Shown piece after piece: positions 26,633-40,479 of a stretch of DNA of 64,000 nt. This stretch comes from Oopsacas minuta. Taxonomy: Eukaryota; Animalia; Porifera. Both the position numbers and the translations under genes were made by a program. The notes beneath the pieces were generated by a model, which saw only the letters and a list, made by a program, of their open reading frames with translations, had not been told where the DNA came from and did not search any database. The DNA lies in assembly GCA_024704765.1 (NCBI GenBank), contig JAKMXF010000299.1, positions 1,278,863 to 1,342,862 of the forward strand, in the 5' to 3' direction. Numbering within the stretch: the stretch's first letter is position 1; every line of letters starts with the position of its first letter.

Positions 26633-29449
26633 TAATATATACTAAGCTAATTACCTAATTTTGACGTTATACAACTAAATATTTCTGATTTTTGACCATT
26701 TTCTGATTTTAGCAATACATGTTCCTTTCACTGAACGATCGGAATTGTTTTCACTGTGCTGATTTTGCTTTTTCATTCAATAGAATAACCCTTAGTTCAA
26801 AGATTATCTCATCATTTTATGATTACATCAGTTCACTGCAATATCTCTTTCCATATTTGAGGTACCAAAGTTCTCTTGTCATGTCTAGACACTGAGATTA
26901 TCACAATTGTTTTCTCACGATCATGAAGCTAGACTAAGTTAAAGAGGTTAAGCACTAATGTGACCTTAGTCATAGGCTGCGCGTGAGACCACTGTATGGG
27001 GAGCTTTTCATGCCTAGTTGCGAATCCAGGAATTGCTAGTGGGGGAATAATCATCCAGCTAGGGATCTGGGGCAGTGTAAGTCCCCGCTGGGGCGAACCC
27101 CTAGAAGACAAATGTTTATACATCGTCCAATCACATTTTTTACCTGTCTTCAAATGTCGAAATTACTTCTCTAAATTGCGTAATCATCAATAAGCTTTAA
27201 AAGTTTTCGATTGACTATGTAAGTACACTTTGTAAAATTGATATTTCACACATTTGCATCATAAGGTATTAATGAGTTGTCTTGCTCATAATAATTATAT
27301 TTTCGCAACTTGGGTAACTAATGAGATTAGGGTGATTTTACATGACAAACAGGTAGGGTGATCAGGAGAGGTTTTACAAAAACCTACAAATTTTCAGGTA
27401 TTCCGAAAAACATACTGCGCTTCCCTTGACAAATCTTATGAATACTGGACATGTCTCTTAATGAGTTCATGTCGGTAGTTGTGTATGTTATGTATACGTG
27501 ATCCTTAACAATCGATGTCGGTATTAATAACATCATCGGAGTGCATATAATGTTCTTATAACTGGCATATTGTACTCAATGGGTATTGCTTATTGGAAAG
27601 CAAACATGTTGTCGTAACTGTAATTATCGTATTCTCGGCTATGTTCTACATTCTTCTAAGTTTTATAGTACGTGTATAACAAATTTTATGTATGAAATGT
27701 ATAATACGTTATACGTGATATATTTGACGTAATATACTCTGAGGTTAACCTCGAGGTATGATATTTTGGCATTGTTAGACTTGGATATGTCACATTATTA
27801 TCAAGTATACATAATTTGGTTACTATGATGAGGTTTCTCATTAACAATTCGAGAACTACTGTTTAGATTCAAAATAATTATTGCAGAAATTAGCATAATA
27901 CAAGTTCCGTCACTAAAAATAGTAGATTGAACGTGTAATACTTTTATATAGTACGTATTATACGTAATACGTCTTTGCTGAAGACATAAAACAACTTAGA
28001 CATTGATACATGGGAACATATTTCTAGAAGATGTTTTCTTTATCTGGTTGTTAAGATTGATGTAATGTGCGAGCGAAGAGGCCCAAAAATTTACGGAGTG
28101 TTATTCGAGCTAATATGTCAATGTATTGGCATAATTTGTCACTATTACCATGATTCAATTTAATGCCTAATTACCATGTGGGCGTCTTTACACCACCAAC
28201 TTGATCTACGTATCTGCCAATGGTCATGCCATCTCTGGTCAGGGAATAATCATTGTAGTAATTGGTTATTTTCCCATACATGCGATTACAAAGCCACTCA
28301 GTTAGAGGTATTAAGAATAAATTTAGGGAGCTCACCAAGCCTCTATTACGCGCGCCCATGACTAAAGACTTAAGTTCGAAATTATATAGTATTCAGTAAG
28401 TTACAATCTAACTTAAGTAGGAACTAAACCAAGTTTGAACAAAGCTGTGGTTAGTTACCCAATTAATGGGACGGTTGAAACCTCTTCGATAAAATGCGGT
28501 TATCCGGTTAACTACTGCAAAATATTGTTAATGCAATCAATGGTGTTTTGTAGTTAATTTGAAAATATAAATAGATAGCTATTATATAGGGTATCGTAAT
28601 GCGTTGTTATCTTTCTAAACTATTGAACTTGAGGATACTGACCTAAATGTAACATCATTAAATACTTAACTAGCATAATTCGCAAATTTTGGAATAAATA
28701 TCAATATTTTACATAGTATAATTATTCATATATTGATTTATGATTCGTATTCATTTAAGTGTATTGAGCTGGTAGAATCTCTATTCGTATTAATTAGTAT
28801 TTGTAGGATTCTTTTCGTAAAATGAACGAGGAATTGAAATTATATCATTAAACTTGATAAGAATTTCATATTCACTGAATGTCCATAATAGGATATATTC
28901 ATTTGTATATTGACTATATTCAAAGTAAATAAATGCATCGTATGGAATGAAATTTAGTCGACTACGCCACTGGGCTATAAACAGAATGGGTTTAGACACA
29001 ATAATTACTACTTGGTTTTACAGCATTCGCGGTAATTTTTCAAGATTTTAACACTTTGATGACGTCATAAATTCACACATTCTCCCGGTAGCAATGGTTA
29101 AGCCGCATTCACTAAGAGTTGAGTTCGAACATCAGTACAAAGCTATTACTATGATGATTTGAAGGATTTTTTTACACACGAATTACTTGAATATAGGCAG
29201 GTATCAGAAATTTGTTTCACTCTAGCATTTCCAACCCATGCCACATTAGCTTATCAAAATTTTACTTATCAATACTTTTACTGCCCCGAACATTAGTTAA
29301 TATTTTGAACAGAGATGCTAATCGAATCCAATCGAAACAATTATCGATATCCGATTTAGACATTACGTTTCGATTGGATTCTAGACCATATTTTTGATTG
29401 GATTGTATCTACTAATTTATGATTGTAATTATATAACAGCATTGAGCTC

Positions 29450-29628
29450 TGTTGCGTAGAATTTTGACCCGCAATACAAAATCCTAATAGCATATCCATG
29501 CTGCGGGTCAAAATCCTACGATGTAATATATGCGTAGGATTTTGACCCGCATCAAAATGTATTACACTAATTACAGCCGTAGGATTTTGACCCGCATATA
29601 ATATATTATTGTCGTAGGATTTTGACCC
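29450..29628. repeat. Five copies of the ~18-bp TIR core GTAGGATTTTGACCCGCA (4 direct, 1 inverted)
   Basis: Copies at ~29456, 29502 (inverted), 29533, 29578 and 29613. Confidence 0.9.
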
Positions 29629-30871
29629 TAAAGTAATCTTACTTCTCTGTCATTTGACTTTTCGATTTCCATGCACTTTCATTACGTAATTACCACTAAA
29701 TGTACATAATGTAATTCAACTTTAGACTTACCATACGTATACGTAACTGAATAAACAAGTCAATTTAGAGTTGGATTCTAGAAAGTAGTGAATTTGTTTG
29801 ATAACATGTAAACTATGTTCCCACTACATATAACAAATTTACAATATGTATAATTATCTAAAATGCCAAATATAGACAGGTGTATATAAATATCTTATAA
29901 TAATATTACTTGTACAGAAGGTGGTAGGTATTTGATAATTATATTTAATAACTCATAACAAATAATATAATTTAACATGTCAATCTATATATTGCAATAT
30001 ATTCTATCAAATAACAAAAATTTTACAGCATTAGCATGATAATGAATATTCGGAATATCTTAAGTATGAATTGTAGGCGAGTTCATCTTTGCCCATTTTT
30101 CTATACTTCCTGACAAGCTTTAAGGAATAACCACTGAAATATGTTCATCTAGTGGACAAGCGTAGACTATGCATTTGTTAAGGGAGTCTTGGTATAATGT
30201 TGATACACATATAGAGTTGAAGTGAAAACCGCGAGCCTCTGGCACGCTGCATACTCCTGGAAAACACTAGATTTCTATAAACAAAACAAGTCAGCTGCGG
30301 TGGCCTCCTCCTTCCCCTTACAGCCACCCCCTAACGCTAAACGTTTAACGTTAACCTCACCTTGTTTATGTGTGCAGTGTTGGAACGAGTTTAATGTGAT
30401 TGCGATCGCACCAAATTTGATTCTAAGCTGCAACATAAACGAATACGTACAATAAATCGTAATTTAACAGACACACTAGGAGCTAACGGACCCCGAACGG
30501 CCACAGACAAGGAGACATTAAAAAATAAAAAATAGATAAGAAACTCGCTTGTATCTGATTCCATGCTGTATTTCGTCTCGGTGTAGACTCGTCAGTTGCG
30601 CTGCTTTTCTCGCAATATACTTAGATGGTAGAGTGATGATATTCGCCACTGGGAATGTGCTGTTGCAGGTCGCGTTTCCATTATCTGGGCTCACCATGAT
30701 AGGGATTGCGTTGCCTGAATAACCTCGGGCAGAGGTCCCCACAAGGTTCGATGTATCTTGCCTTTGAGCGCTTTCGAATGATGGAAAAGAGTCGTGAATC
30801 GCTAAGAATTAGTCAGAAGAGTGCAAGAGGTAGAATACAGTATTGAGTGATCCGATGAAAGTGTCACAGTC

Positions 30872-33800
30872 TCAAAGTTGGATAATTGGTTCTCTCATTC
30901 CGTCATATTTATAGAATTGCCCGTTTTGGTAAAGGATTGAATAGAAGTGTCTATTGCTTAATATGCTAAAGCCAGCAAGTTGGTAGTGAAGTGTCCATTG
31001 GTTGTGACTGATGGTTAAGTGTCTGTCAATATCACTTACAAAAATGTCTGGCAATTCGGGTAGATGTCCGATTTCAATTGTTAGCATGACAGGTATTGAC
31101 TTGAATTGACCAGATATCCTCTCTAAGACAGCAGTAGTTGATCCACAAGACTTGCATTTAATAGGAACGAGACTTCGATTAACAGATGATTCCATGTTTG
31201 TAATAACGCCTCCTATATTACTAATCATGGATTGTATCTCAAAGATATTGGTGCATTGGTGGCATTGGAAGATAGTGAAATATTTGTCGTTACACAAATC
31301 TTCTGTTCGTAAATATTTGATGATGATGTCCTCTGATCCAAAGAAATCATAAGACCGTATCAATCCTGAGGAATCATAAATAACTTCAAGCCCAATTTTA
31401 GTAGCAACATATTCTCGAAGTTTCTCAAATTCACAATTAGCAGCCAATTGGAATATGTAGTACAATTTAGCTTCAATATGTGTACTTCCGATTAACTTCA
31501 GTGAGTCTAGGATGGTTGCTTTATTGGAACTAAGAATAGCCAATATATTGTCGATAGAACAGGTGTTAGATTCACGATTTTGTTATGCTCTCCTCCCCAT
31601 TTAGGATATGGGATAAGATCTGATGCATTTTGTATAGATTGTTCTGGTATTTCAATGATCTCATGAACTTGCTCAGTTGGGAATATTAACTCAATTATTA
31701 CTGGTAATAGAACAGCAATTGGATAGTCAAGATCTCTTCGTGTCTCTTCAGGTATTTCAGTAGGATAGGAGGAACGATATTCTGCGTATCAATTACCGGC
31801 TGATACAGCAAGTTTCTCCTTAGTCTCAAAATTTAGTTCGTTGGGTGGATGGTAAGAATATAGTAAGTTCAATGAAGTTAGAGATGCAGCTTTTGTAGCG
31901 AGTTTCTCATGTAGTTGGGTTAAGTATGTGTTATTGACAAGAGCTAATAGTATTCGAGGTTTTAATTGAAGTAGCTCAGAATCGATATTTTCATAGATTG
32001 AGTGTTGTTGCGGTGTTTCAAATGTTCTTCCATGGTATCCATGTTCAATATATCATCCAAAGAATCTAAATACAAATAAATATGTGAAATGTAGGATTGC
32101 TATTACGTATTAATCGAATCAATACAGAACACAACTAGTTTATATGTACTTAATCATGGGCTGAGTCAATTAGTTATAGTTCAGTACAATATTGTCTCGC
32201 TAATATATTTACCGCTAGAAGGGAATTTGCAAGATCTTTTGGGCTTCTTTGATTTGCCTGTCTTCGTTCGAACCTGCCGTTTTTCGTTCATGCGAGAATG
32301 ATATTTTCTTGATAGATGGATAGGTAATTTTGTTGTTTTGCTATCTGGGTCTTTGCGAGCAACTAGGTGGCTTGGTTTAACTTCCTCTATCGTATATGGT
32401 CCCAAATATTTCTTTGCATCTTTTGTTCCTGGGAGTCGCTTGGCTTTCTTTATATTATGTACAAGTACCTCATCTTCTTCCACAAATTCTGATCTAAAGA
32501 TTACACAATGATTATGCAAAGAAAATAATGTGTCAATTACGTACAGTTTGTAATGATGCTAATTATATGACTAAAAGTAAGTGTTTTGGAATTTAAGAAT
32601 TCATGTAATTGAGGAAACAAGAAATTAGTTCCGATTCAAGACTATTTCATATTTACCTGATTATACAACAGTCAGTGAGTTTAATTTAATTTTAGTAAGA
32701 GATGATGTATGAAATTCCAACATGTTACATCACACAAGAATGTGTTTCGTTATTGCTTACCTGTTGTGTTTAACTTTGCTGTCATATGTTTTCTTTTGAA
32801 CTTTCTGACCTGTCTTGATGTTTTCAATAGCATTCATTCTGTCAGCTTTACGTGTGGAAGAAAGATTTTCTATCCATTCGTTATCAATTATAAGAAAGTC
32901 AAATGGGCGTGGTTCGTATGCATCCATTTGAATATTCTCATCTTCTGATACTTCTGCCTCTGAGATATCAGCTTCGGATAGTAATCCGGGGTTAGTTGGA
33001 GAAGTGATAAGATTGAGAAGGTTAGATGTATCAAAGTCTCTCCCAAACATGAGATAAAGGGGTGTGTATCTTGTAGAGATTTTGGTTTAAGTATTTGCTG
33101 CTAGTACTGCTGTCTGTAATTTCTCTGTCCATTCAGTGTCCCCTTCAGATTGTATCTTGCTGATTTTTCTATTTGTAAAAGTGTTAAATTAATTCAAAGC
33201 TATCTAATTATAAACGATGTGTATTAAACGTATGTAAGGCTTTGAATAGATATATATTTATATTTAGCATCAATACTCACGTTTTCAATATTTTGTTGTA
33301 TGACTCAACAAGTCCGTTACTTTTGTGGGTGGTATGCTGTGGTTCTTCTGGTGTTGACATTTATCTTGTGAAATTCTTGAAATTCCTATTTTGAAAGTAA
33401 ATAAGAGAACGATAACAATCTACTACGCGCATGTATTTAGTCTTGTACAGCAATAGTTAGAAAGATATAACGATTGATAAAGTAAATTTTCCATCCGAAG
33501 GTAGTAGCATTAATTCGGAAATTCTTATTTATTAGTATTTAACATAATTAAAATCCAATTTTCCACACGGTTTCTTAAATATAGCCATCAGGACGCACAA
33601 TTTCCTACCAGGGTATACATTGAAGCAATGCGCTGACAATTGACAATGCAACATGTTACGTACGTATATCCAATATAGTAAGTTGTATTGTGTATCGGGA
33701 ATAATTTACTTGGTGTATTTACAATTACTAATCTCGAGTATGTAAAAATATGAGTTACCTTGCTTGAGAATTCTGTCTCCTGATCATGTTGGAGGATGTT

Positions 33801-35111
33801 AGGTACACCGAATGAGAGATAATTTTCCTGTAAACAATCCAATATTTCTTTAGAAGTTTTAGTCTTGAGTGGTCGGGCAATTACAAATTTGCTCAGGTAG
33901 CACACGATGACAAGAATGTGCTGAAATCCAAGTACAGTGCGAGGGATATTGCATATGAGATCAATTCTACAATGACACCATGGTTCTTCAGGAGGAGGAA
34001 TAGGTTGAAGCTCTCGTTGTGGCTGAGGAGGTAGAGCAGCAGAGGTTTGACAGTCATGGCAAGTTCGGATCTAGAACGGGAAATGATTTAATTGTCAGTT
34101 TGTAGTCCAGTCTATGTAATTTGCTACGTTCCAGATGTCCCGCTAAATTAGCATTCCGTCCAGCTTTTTCTTCACTCAGGTTGGCAAATATGTTTATGTG
34201 AAATACTCCCACTACCTATCCCAATTACTAACTACCGCAAGGATCATTAGTTGTTAGATACATGGTTGGTTGGTTGTACCGCACAAATAGATTTCGATAT
34301 GATAAAATTGTATACCGGTATACTAAATATCATCAGATCGCACAATATTAATTTTACAATAGCACAAATAAAGCTGTATACAGTAGAATAATTACAAGGT
34401 GAATAACCTCAAACTATAAAATACATGCTGTTCTCAGACTTAACAACCCCTTTTGCAAATTTCCCTGGATTTTCAAAATTTGTATTCTAGGGATCCCTGG
34501 AGGGTTGGTAAGTCTGTGTTCTCAGCCACATTTTCTTGGAAAATCATGTATGAAAGAAATACGTAATTTAGTAACTCACATAGGATCCAACATCATTGTA
34601 TATGCCATTCCAATCATATTTATTTCGGATTCCATCAATTGTAGTATTGATTCCAGGATGAGTGACATTGTGATAGAATCCGATAATGTTGTCAATTTCT
34701 GAGCCTAGTGGAATCTCCAAATATTTCACACAGCCATTTTCTTTCTGAAAATCTACAAGAAATTATTTTAGTTAAACTCAGAGGTTGTAGGTAGCATTGA
34801 GGGGCAGAGGAGTCCCCTTAGCGTTTTCACCCTTCTCATCTCCCTATGGTACGCAAATTTAATGAGGCAACTACATATCCGCCTCCTCGCAGATATGTAG
34901 TTGCCTCAAGATTTCTAATTATGTCCCGGAAATAAGTATAAATCAAAAATGTCATTCAGGAATATACCTTCATTAGCTTATTCTCTTGAAAGTAAATCCC
35001 CTTGCACTTTCTGACAAAATTCTTCTTTCTGTAGCGATCACTCTTGATTTCTGGTGGGATAATATTCGTCTGGAGGTATCCACGAATTGCTTCATACTCT
35101 GTCGCATCCAT
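30872..35111 (-). pseudogene. 7-exon Ginger integrase (HHCC-DDE-GPY/F) fused to a USP-like protease domain
   Basis: Exons 35111-34968, 34752-34580, 34070-33759, 33385-33281, 33168-32761, 32493-32213 and 32065-30872, all GT-AG bounded. Motifs YHNVTHPG|IRTCHDC, RIDL, QHD, YHPQSNGLVE, LGPY; then NTCSIDN...HFY...YDG. Several 1-nt frameshifts and stops. Confidence 0.8.
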
Positions 35112-36955
35112 AATGAAAAATGTCAAAAGTAAATATAAGTGTTGATGTTGAAATCTAGAAATAAAGTAAAATGTTAGTGTGTGCATTCAGGAAGTCACAC
35201 ATGTATAAATACGAATGCTATGTGGCTAGGGATGAAATGTTGATATTACTTGATGTGCAATTGCTACTTGCGGGTCAAAATCCTACGCAACAGCTCTAAG
35301 AATTTCTATACATTTTCAATTCTATTTATATAATGTCGGTTTCGTATTACATTCGCAGATTTGCGATTATATTTGTACAATTGAAACAATTGCCCAAAGA
35401 ATATACATATTTGTACTACTGTCTAAATCACGGTTTGCCTTGCTTGATATTTGCCTTGTTCTACTTGCTTCTTTCTTACTAATCCTATTTATGCACAAAA
35501 CTTATTTATTTCTCGTAGCTGATTTTATGCTACCAGAAGCATTTAAAAATGTGCCCTTTTTATACAGTTTCTGGTTAATATGCCTCGTTTCTTGCCCTCT
35601 TTCATGTGTCAAGTCGTAAAATATTCCCGATTTCAAGTCCTATTTTTACTTTTCAAAATGATTAATATTGTTGTTTATTGTTACGTTACTGTAATTAACT
35701 CGTTGGCCTTTGTTGTCTGTGTCTTATATATACTAATTCGATAAACACAAAGACTAGAATTTCGCCCTGAAGCACACAGTGTTTTGTGGTTTAAACGGGT
35801 TAATTTCCCTGCATGGTTATTTTGCTTCTCTGCATTTTGGGCGGCAGCAATCCCAGATCTTAACTGTGGTGATCTCTTCACTTGTATCTTCATAACTAAA
35901 AATAGCTTTTCATTTAATACGAATATTACTATATAGTTTTACCAGGATAAGACTTACGCCCTCTTATTCCTATAGATATTGTATTATAATGAATGATAAA
36001 ATGTTTTGAGATATATGAATTGTAAGTTTTAGCCGAGTGTACGACTTAACTCAGTACTACTGTTGTAGTTGACTTTCCATAATTATCCTATTATTGAAGG
36101 GAACCTAAACTAACAGCGTAGAAAGAAACTCTAATATTTCATTTGTATCATAAGACTGCCATTATTTAAATATATACATTACCCAGTTAGGTAACTAAAG
36201 TTCATACTTAAGTTCAAAGGTTTCATGACGACTACAACTTCAATGCAAACTTAAGTTTGACAATCGAGATCTAACTTAATTTCTTAGTGAAATACGCCGC
36301 AGAAGTTTGTTGAATGCTCTATTTGTAAGAAATGAAATTGAGGCATCGCAAAACTTATCTCCAAGGTATGAAATATGCTTTTATATTGCACCTAAAGCAG
36401 CCCCATTACACTCGTGTGACCCAAAAGCTCCATTTGACTCGTAGCTGTTTACTAAAGCTCGGAAACTGGGAGGAAGATCATTTTGTATCAATGATGAGTT
36501 AATCAACGGTTTGTGAAAGTAATCAACGGGTTGTAGAAAGTCCCCTGAGGAAAGTGTTCCTGAATCGAGAAAATGCGTATTATATTGAACTTGCTGGTTA
36601 TTGTTTTATCAGCTAGATTTTATTTGTTTACTAATTTCTAATATTGGCTTGCTTGGAATATATGAAGGACAAAACTATCTATTACCGACAGTTTATTGAC
36701 TGAGAAGTTGCTAAAAATGTGATTTTCCAAAATATACTAATCATCAGTGGAATTTGTTAAAAACCTCGAACTTGTCATAGCCTGGCTATATTACCCCTCT
36801 ATAACCAAAATCAGCCATGGGGGCCCTCCAGTTTCTTCAATCAATGCTGGGCATACAAACATATATATTTGTACATATACATACAGATTAATTGCGTTTT
36901 AATTGTATTGATATTCACGATTTGGCATGTGATTATGATAATACCTAGTTATACT

Positions 36956-37143
36956 CAGCGGCGTAGGAAATTATTTGTGTTGGGCACCCGGGAGCCGCAA
37001 TAATAATTGTGTCTTAGTTTGCAAATCAATATTAGAATTATTACGTTTGCTTTAATAAAGTCTTTTCAGTAATATTATCCACCACACACAAAAGTTATGT
37101 ACCGATTTTGATTCCCCGACCCACCCTATAATCCTACGCCCTG
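36956..37143. mobile_element. Small hAT-like MITE
   Basis: Imperfect TIR CAG(C)GGCGTAGGA(A)TTAT; flanks gttatact / ataatact (6/8 match) as a possible 8-bp TSD. Confidence 0.45.
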
Positions 37144-37899
37144 ATAATACTTATTTGCATAATTCCATTTAATGTTGCCAGTTTTAATCAGGTCTTGCGA
37201 TCAAGATGTAAAATGATTAGTCATCAAAACGAACCAATGTTATGGATTTCTTTCGTTTTGATGACTTATCGATAATTATTAATATTTGTACTTTCATTCT
37301 CTAAGCATATAATCGTTTAGTAGTTGGAAGGTGTTATTATGCTTATTGGTTTGTTTCATCACCTTTTCAGTGCATTCAGGGCGCAAAAAATGATTTTGAC
37401 TATAGAGGGGAAAATATCCTAGAAATCTACTCCAAAATCATCCAAAATAGCTTATTACGTAGTCATATGATGATAGCAATTTCTTGAGAGAACAAACATA
37501 TCCGCGTTTACCATAAAGTTTTGTTTTTGTAGCATATAAAAGCGACAATTATTTCTTAAATAGTGCTTGAACAATAAACTCGAAAATATCGCCAATTACT
37601 CGCATTCAAAGTTCTATGAAAAACTTTTGAGTTGGAAATCCTATATTTCTAAGTTCCTAGAAACCAGCGAACATAGATATATAGTGGGTAGCGAGAAATA
37701 CATTCCTTGGTGCCTCTCAAATCCACCATTTAACAATATTCACTAGAGGCCGTAAACAATTACACCACAAAAGATCTCAGAAATGGATCAAACAAAAATC
37801 AACTTAGCACTAAACTCCATATACGGAATAAATTACCTTTGCATATCGAATTGGAGAATTGATTAAGTTTTGTGCAAGATGTCACAAAAATCTTTAATT

Positions 37900-38250
37900 T
37901 AACCATTTTGAAATGTGTTAAACTGCCTTACTACCGCATCTTACACGATTGTGTATCTGAGCTTCTGTTAGAGCTTACCAGATCTATCTAATTAAACAAA
38001 TTACCGTAGCTTTCATTTCATCACTTCTAGAACGTGAGTAGCTCCCCTTGACATCCTAACACGTATTGGTATCTCTTCTACTTTTTATGAGTGTCGTCTT
38101 CCTCCAACCACTCATTTTCTAGGATATTTCCACTTGATGTGTCTGATTTTGGTCTACCGCGTCAGAAGCAATTCTCCAAAGAGTCTTAGTGGATGTTTTG
38201 AGACTCCTGTCCTTCACGAATGCGCCTAGCCTAGTACTTCACTATCTATG
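37900..38250 (-). mobile_element. Ancient mariner transposase remnant
   Basis: REGQES...RGRPKSDTSSGNI and LTEAQIHNRV-like pieces in shifting frames. Confidence 0.35.
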
Positions 38251-39249
38251 GTCCATCTAAATTCTATTCAATGGTTTATGTGGTGATATTGGCCTTGCTA
38301 CGTGGCTTTTGGCTAGTAATATGGGCACTTCGTGCCTGGCGTATTATGATTTTCTCAAAAATACAGAAATACGTGATATTTTGATTTTGCACTATCATTA
38401 CGTAATAATCTCGTGATAAGTTAGTATTGAGCCATATTATAACGTCAGAACATTTGGCATATTGTGGGGTACCTGTGATTCTAGTTTCAAATTTCTATCA
38501 TTAATATTCTCAGCAGTGGAAAATATTGTGATTTTTGCAAAGTTGCTAGCTACAGCATCATTTTGTGATAGGATGGAATTTTGTCTAAGCCTCATAATCC
38601 CCTAGCCAGCCCCAAAACACCCTTGTATGCCAAATCCAACCTGGCGTCTTCTATTTTTATCACTCTATTGACTTTTACCATTGCTTTTTCAACAAGCACT
38701 GAAATTGAACAATGGACATTCATTTAATTTTGCACCATGCTCGGAATTCCTTCACAGGCCATCAGGAATTGTTCTTTGTTTGTGGAAGTGAAGCTTTTTC
38801 ATATTCTACCGGTAAACATTGGGTAAATTGTTTAAGCGATGGATGGATATTCTTCGAAGATGATCCACTAGGTTAGAGCCCCGAAAATGACAATCACCGA
38901 GGAGTAAATAGCTGATATAGGGACACTTATTGAATATTTTCCACTATCTTCAGTTGATAAATTGCTACCTAATGTTGATAGCATGTTATCTAATGGTTAA
39001 ATAGATTTATGACTTCAAAAACGTATGCATACATGTCACAATATAGCAATAGGAGAAAATGAATCATGTGACGTTAGAATTTGATTAACACCTTATTTAA
39101 ATTCTTGATAAATTCTCCTAGAATGTTGTAAATCATCTTTAGACTTCCTGGTCTGGTCTGAGAATTGAACCTTTTCAATCACTGGTGATTCGACAGGACC
39201 TTCAACCGGATTAGGGAACTCCTTGTTTTACCTAGAAATCAATTCCAAG

Positions 39250-40300
39250 TATCACTGGCGTTTATTTAATTTGATAACTAGAAATTAATGATCAACATTC
39301 AAACTCCCAACAATTGTGGTAGATTTACCCTTTTTGGAACCTCCAACAGTTCCAAAATTATCAGGAAAGATTCTTCTGATTGTGTCTCTTTCGAAAAATC
39401 AATTTCCTCAATGATTCTCCTCAACTAACAGACAGATGAGCCAGGTTCAAATTTCACTTTTTACTCTACTCCTCAATACAGATTGTTACTGGTGCTGAAT
39501 GAATTAATCGGAAATGGGAATGCTCGAAAGAACTATATACTATTTCGGGGAAAACCTGTTGAGCATCTAGTTTATCCTGTTTCTTATAGTTAAAGACTAA
39601 TTGCTGAAGTCTCCTGTCTACCTCTAGTTGTTTATAGGTTCTCTTCTCAATTCCACAGTGATATAAAATCTATAGATTCGAAGACACCTGAAACAATGTA
39701 TATTTGTACTGCAACCAAACTTATATATCAGTTGCTTTGTCTTTTCGCACTTCTTGCATGCAGGGTTGGGGTTCAGTTATCGAATTAATTGTAGGGTTCA
39801 CTCGTTTCAATTGGTAACCTCTTAGAATTATTACCCTATAAATTATTTATCATTTGAGTAAAATCCAATTATCCATCATTAATGCATCTGAGTTATTATG
39901 ATCATGGGTGACCTACCAGTTTTAGCATTTCTAACCGTAGACCCGTTTGCAGTCCCTGATTGAATTATTTGGCCACAAGGAAGTCTGCATAAACATCTTC
40001 GGCCCTCACGAAGCCCACACAGACCAAAATTCCCTAAGAAACTATTGTTCCAATTGCTCCTGGGTAAGTACCCGCAATTAGCATCTCGTGACAGTTTATC
40101 AGAGTGCGTAGTTGTTCTAAGCATCTTAATACGGATTGTGATGAGAGTCCATCCGCGTGTAACTCTGTACCTGTGATCCAAAATAACTAGATTTTAGGTA
40201 CCTCTGTCGCTCGGCAGGTAAATATTTGGGAGATTACGCGCACAAGTTCTTTGTCTTCTGGGCATATGCATTCCGACTTACCCCTTCCTGCTGACACGTA
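39250..40300 (-). mobile_element. Heavily decayed LTR (Gypsy-like) gag/protease/integrase-tail remnant
   Basis: Degenerate knuckle TCQQEG.VSRN, a protease-like stretch, and KFEPGSSV...TIRRIF resembling a GPY/F tail. No LTRs seen. Confidence 0.3.
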
Positions 40301-40479
40301 CTAGCCCGAATTTTTATACGAGGAGGAAAGTACATCTTTCCTAGAAGGTTTTTCTTCTTTATTGACTTGTCCGATTACCCTAGCAATTTATGTTGGTAAT
40401 TATAGTTGACTTCATTTGATATCTTCTGTTTTCTATATGTATATATTTAACTTCATATTTTTTATTGAAATTTATTTAG

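Larger units (their letters stand above)
29450..35292 (-). mobile_element. Ginger1-like DNA transposon, 5843 bp
   Basis: 25-bp TIR TGTTGCGTAG(A/G)ATTTTGACCCGCAA (1 mismatch), 4-bp TSD GCTC on both sides, spliced Gypsy-type integrase inside. Confidence 0.9.

Noticed and set aside
29450-29628. CRISPR-like repeat array
   Set aside because: Eukaryotic context, irregular short spacers, one inverted unit, and repeats identical to the Ginger TIR.
38560-38900. Possible Crypton/DUF3504-like remnant (QTKNNS*WPVKEFRAW)
   Set aside because: Single weak motif only.
39300-39360. Walker A-like GGSKKGKST on the minus strand
   Set aside because: No surrounding NTPase context; the frame is short and sits in decayed LTR-like sequence.
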